Assembly: GCA_031393795.1 (NCBI GenBank)
Contig: JANMWE010000272.1
Coordinates: 1-43,772, forward strand
Direction: 5' to 3'
Length of the DNA stretch: 43,772 nt
Source: Gemmatimonadota bacterium
GTDB taxonomy: Bacteria; Gemmatimonadota; Gemmatimonadetes; Gemmatimonadales; GWC2-71-9
Part shown: positions 41,192 through 43,772 of the stretch, piece after piece
Layout: each line of letters opens with the position of its first letter
Position numbering within the stretch: position 1 is the stretch's first letter
Position numbers and translations under genes: made by a program
The notes under the pieces: generated by a model
Seen by the model: only the letters and a program-made list of their open reading frames with translations
What the model was told of the DNA's origin: nothing
Database searches by the model: none

Positions 41192-42111
41192 CGCGGGTCG
41201 TGGAGGTCCCGGCCAGCTTCGACGACCGCACGTTCGAGCAGTTCGCGGCGTCGGTCGCCGCGGGGCCGCTCACCGACAAGATGCTCTTCGACGCGCGGGG
41301 GGCGCAGTGGGCCTCGCCCTACGCCTTCGTCTCGATGCTGGCCGTGGCGCAGGCGATCCTCGACGCCAAGGGACCCAAGCCCCTCTTCACCGCCCCGGAA
41401 GACGCCAACGTGGCGAGTTACTGGGCCAAGGCGGGCTTCTTCGCGCAGGCGGTGGACCTCTTCGAGATCCACGGCAAGGTGCCGAAGCGGAAGGCCGAGG
41501 AGGAGAGCCATATGCTCCTCCCGGTGACCGCGATCCGCGCGTCGGAGGATGTGCACGAAGTGGTGGACCGCATCCACCAGAAGGCGGCGGTGCTCCTCAC
41601 GAAAGAGCTCGGACTGGAAGCTCGCGCCACCATGGGGTTCGCGACCGCGCTCTCCGAGGCGTGCCAGAACGTGGTCGAGCACGCTGGTGCGGTGGGCTGG
41701 GTGGGCGTCCACGCCTACAGTTATCGGAAGCGGCTCGGCAAGCGGGTAGTGGTGATCGCGGTCGGGGACGGCGGAGTGGGGTTCCGGCGCTCCCTGGAGC
41801 CGACGCAGGCCAAGCGGATCGGCGACCGGTGGGGCGATGGCGCGGCACTCGAGTGTGCCCTCATCCAGGGGATCAGCCGGTTCCGCGATCCGGGACGAGG
41901 ACAAGGTCTGCAGGGCATAAAGCGTTATCTTGCGCGCTGGGATGGGAAGATCTCCATCCGGAGCGGCGGCGCGAAGCTGGCCATCGTGCCGTCGTGGGAC
42001 GACGAAGCACCCCTGCAGGAACGCCTCCCCGTATTCCCCGGAGCCCAGGTGCAGATCACGATCCCAGCGCAGGCGGACGGGCGGGCAGGTGGACAGGCGG
42101 ACAAAGCCTGA
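41188..42111 (+). CDS. GHKL-type (histidine-kinase-like / anti-sigma-factor-like) ATPase with an uncharacterised N-terminal domain
   Basis: GTG at 41188 overlaps the PfkB stop (GTGA). N box is EACQNVVEHAG, G1 is VGDGGVGF and G2 is GRGQGLQGI. No DHp/HisKA region is seen. Confidence 0.7.
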   Translation: MTRVVEVPASFDDRTFEQFAASVAAGPLTDKMLFDARGAQWASPYAFVSMLAVAQAILDAKGPKPLFTAPEDANVASYWAKAGFFAQAVDLFEIHGKVPKRKAEEESHMLLPVTAIRASEDVHEVVDRIHQKAAVLLTKELGLEARATMGFATALSEACQNVVEHAGAVGWVGVHAYSYRKRLGKRVVVIAVGDGGVGFRRSLEPTQAKRIGDRWGDGAALECALIQGISRFRDPGRGQGLQGIKRYLARWDGKISIRSGGAKLAIVPSWDDEAPLQERLPVFPGAQVQITIPAQADGRAGGQADKA

Positions 42112-42662
42112 TGGTCACGACGATCGCCCTGGGTGAGCTGGTGGCCGAGGCAGTGCCGGGGCGGAGTGTGCGCTCACTCGTCACTCGCCCGACCGGGCAG
42201 GCGGTGCGGCTCCGGATCGAGGCGGCACTCGCGGGGTCGGGGGCGACGGTGGCGTTCCTCGACTTCTCGGCCCTCGACCTGATCGACTTCTCCTGCGCCG
42301 ACGAGGTGGTGGCCAAGCTCCTGATCCATACCGGCCCCACCCCCGAGCGGTACCTCGTTCTCGTCGGCCTGCACGACCACCAGGACGAAGAGATCGACCA
42401 CGTCCTCACCCGGCGGAACCTCGCGGTCCTCGCCTTCAAGGACAGCGCCTCCCGTCCGCGTCTCCTCGGCAACGTGCGGGCCGAGCATCGGCTGGTCTTC
42501 GATGCCCTGGTCGATCACGGCGGCCCCGGCGATGCGCAGACCCTCGCCATCCGGCTCGGCCGTTCGGTGGACCTGGTGGCCGACGCGCTGCAGGCGCTGG
42601 CGCTGCACGGCGTGGTGTGGGCGACGGCGGGGACGTACCAGCCGCTGGTATACACCGCGTAG
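42111..42662 (+). CDS. STAS-like (DUF4325-like) protein with a C-terminal winged-helix-like region
   Basis: ATG at 42111 overlaps the upstream stop (TGATG). The block RPTGQAVR..IE.....G..V.LDFS.L.LIDFSCADEVV.KLL resembles the DUF4325/SpoIIAA-like pattern. The track start at 41307 is an over-extension. Confidence 0.6.
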   Translation: MVTTIALGELVAEAVPGRSVRSLVTRPTGQAVRLRIEAALAGSGATVAFLDFSALDLIDFSCADEVVAKLLIHTGPTPERYLVLVGLHDHQDEEIDHVLTRRNLAVLAFKDSASRPRLLGNVRAEHRLVFDALVDHGGPGDAQTLAIRLGRSVDLVADALQALALHGVVWATAGTYQPLVYTA

Positions 42663-42774
42663 AGGGTCGAGTGCCAGCATCGAGTGGGCGAGAAAGCGGG
42701 TGAGCGCGAAAGCTGCTGATCCGCCTTTGTGCTTTCTCGCTCGCTCGCCAGCTCGCCCCTTGCACTCCACCCTC
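42663..42774. repeat. PAL-A2: 112-bp imperfect palindrome, homologue of PAL-A1
   Basis: The left arm is GAGGGTCGAGTGCCAGCATCGAGTGGGCGAGAAAGCGGGTGAGCGCGAAAGC. The reverse complement of the right arm is GAGGGTGGAGTGCAAGGGGCGAGCTGGCGAGCGAGCGAGAAAGC. It shares GAGTGCAAGGGGCGAG and TGAGCGCGAAAG with PAL-A1. It starts right after the stop at 42662. Confidence 0.7.
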
Positions 42775-42788
42775 TCCCCTCGGCTCCC

Positions 42789-43346
42789 ATGTCCGGAATC
42801 ACCCCGCAGGAACTGGCCAAGCGCGTCCTCCGCACCGAATGGGAACACCTGAGCGCTCGGGAGCGACGGGTGATGGACGCGGTGCTGGATCGGGCGATGA
42901 TCTCGCGGAACCCCGACGCGGAGGCCACGACGGAGGTCCGCTCATTCGGCGAGGTCCTGGCCGATAAGATCGCGATGTTCGGCGGGTCGTGGACCTTCAT
43001 CCTGAGCTTCCTCGCGGTGCTCGCGGGATGGGTGGTCCTGAACACGATCATCGTGGCGAAGCGGGGCTCGACCTTCGACCCCTATCCCTACATCCTGCTC
43101 AATCTCTTCCTCTCGATGCTGGCCTCGCTCCAGGCCCCGGTGATCATGATGAGCCAGAACCGGCAGGCGCTGAAGGATCGGTCGGACGCGGCCCACGACT
43201 ATGAGGTGAACCTTAAGGCCGAGATCGAGATCCGGCAGCTGCACGAGAAGCTCGACGACATCCGGGAAAAGCGGTGGGAGGACCTGGTGCAGATGCAGAA
43301 GGAACAGATCGAGTACTTGAAGGCGATGGTCCCGAAGCAAGCCTGA
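42789..43346 (+). CDS. DUF1003-family membrane protein
   Basis: 185 aa. Contains FGGSWTFI, FDPYPYILLNLFLSMLASLQAPVIMMSQNRQ and DYEVNLKAEIEI. The track start at 42729 translates PAL-A2 and is rejected. Confidence 0.85.
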   Translation: MSGITPQELAKRVLRTEWEHLSARERRVMDAVLDRAMISRNPDAEATTEVRSFGEVLADKIAMFGGSWTFILSFLAVLAGWVVLNTIIVAKRGSTFDPYPYILLNLFLSMLASLQAPVIMMSQNRQALKDRSDAAHDYEVNLKAEIEIRQLHEKLDDIREKRWEDLVQMQKEQIEYLKAMVPKQA

Positions 43347-43360
43347 TCTCTGCGGCAGGA

Positions 43361-43491
43361 CCAATAGGGCGGGGCGCCTCGCCCCGCCATTGGAATAGAA
43401 AGCGATTTATAGGGCGGGGCCCCCGGCCCCGCCATCACCCGGTGCAAGCATCCGGGCAATGGCGGCGCGAGGGCGCGCCGCCCTATTGGCC
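43361..43491. repeat. Cluster of three REP-like GC palindromes (two in one orientation, the third inverted)
   Basis: CCAATAGGGCGGGGCGCCTCGCCCCGCCATTGG (43361-43393); TATAGGGCGGGGCCCCCGGCCCCGCCATC (about 43409-43437); CAATGGCGGCGCGAGGGCGCGCCGCCCTATTGG (about 43457-43489). Confidence 0.65.
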
Positions 43492-43561
43492 CGTTGTTGA
43501 GATTCCGCCGCTCCGCGGGAACTCTCCCCTGGCCTCCCACCCTACCCGACCTAGATTGAGA

Positions 43562-43772
43562 CTACCCATCGACACCTAGGGCAACATGCGCCTGTTCCGC
43601 CGCCAAGGCGCGCTTGGTGACAGTGCTGGGACCAGTTGTGACCGTCACGCCGTATTTTCCGATGGTCACATCGGACAGGGGCTTCTCGGGGTCGTTGATG
43701 ACCTCCTGCGACCGCTTGTCGTCGGTTCCCATGATCGTTGTAATCCGCATCGTGTCGTAGACACTCGGGATC
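43562..43772 (-). pseudogene. Phage portal-protein-like fragment (open to the right window edge, ends prematurely)
   Basis: The frame is open from the edge. ...RITTIMGTDDKRSQEVINDPEKPLSDVTIGKYGVTVTTGPSTVTKRALAAEQ resembles the conserved portal block (V.I.G.DG....V.IN...........G.YDV.V.TGPS..T.R.EA). Portals normally continue well beyond this, but here a stop follows 15 codons later. Confidence 0.4.

Noticed and set aside
43562-43772. Calling a complete prophage or integrative element at the right edge
   Set aside because: Only one truncated portal-like fragment is visible. No integrase, att repeats or adjacent tRNA lie within the window.

Overview
GC-rich (by eye about two thirds G+C) bacterial chromosomal segment. 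SurA and an LPS heptosyltransferase point to a diderm, but the lineage cannot be fixed from sequence alone (Gemmatimonadota-like is only a guess). I call about 37 CDS and one tRNA-Ile(GAU). I saw no rRNA, CRISPR array, transposase or integrase. Many track ORFs are long antisense or N-terminally over-extended artefacts of the high GC content, so I re-set starts using stop/start overlaps and Shine-Dalgarno (SD) sites. Housekeeping content: cspA, kynA-kynU, an ABC-F ATPase, sufE, a rhodanese, typA, hisD, a CorC/CNNM protein, a tightly coupled mfd-PPIase-surA-pdxA operon, lepA, and a heptosyltransferase-ROK glucokinase-PfkB kinase string. Accessory content: a translationally coupled GT4/GH130 pair, three M28 peptidases (one fused to a Cys-rich N-terminal domain), two tandem lipoprotein paralogues, DUF58 plus a BatA-like protein without MoxR, a DUF4384 protein with a disordered tail, a GHKL-ATPase plus STAS-like (DUF4325-like) pair, a very acidic small ORF after typA, and a truncated phage-portal-like fragment at the right edge. 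The most unusual signal is non-coding. From 13.3 kb onward almost every intergenic gap holds a long hairpin whose two arms are tandem repeats of a 7-9 nt unit and its complement, with a different unit at most loci. Two loci are pure or mostly tandem arrays (10 x TGCTGGG; 12 x NRRGAGC). One heptad family occurs both intergenically and in frame inside the PfkB kinase gene. Two ~110-bp imperfect palindromes are homologous to each other, and a separate REP-like GC palindrome family is also present. In four hairpins checked by hand the arm mismatches mostly resolve to G-U pairs on the strand of the upstream gene, which suggests selection at the RNA level. A recurring TAYATT-N(0-2)-CCCCC-ATG arrangement without an SD suggests leaderless transcripts for several genes.
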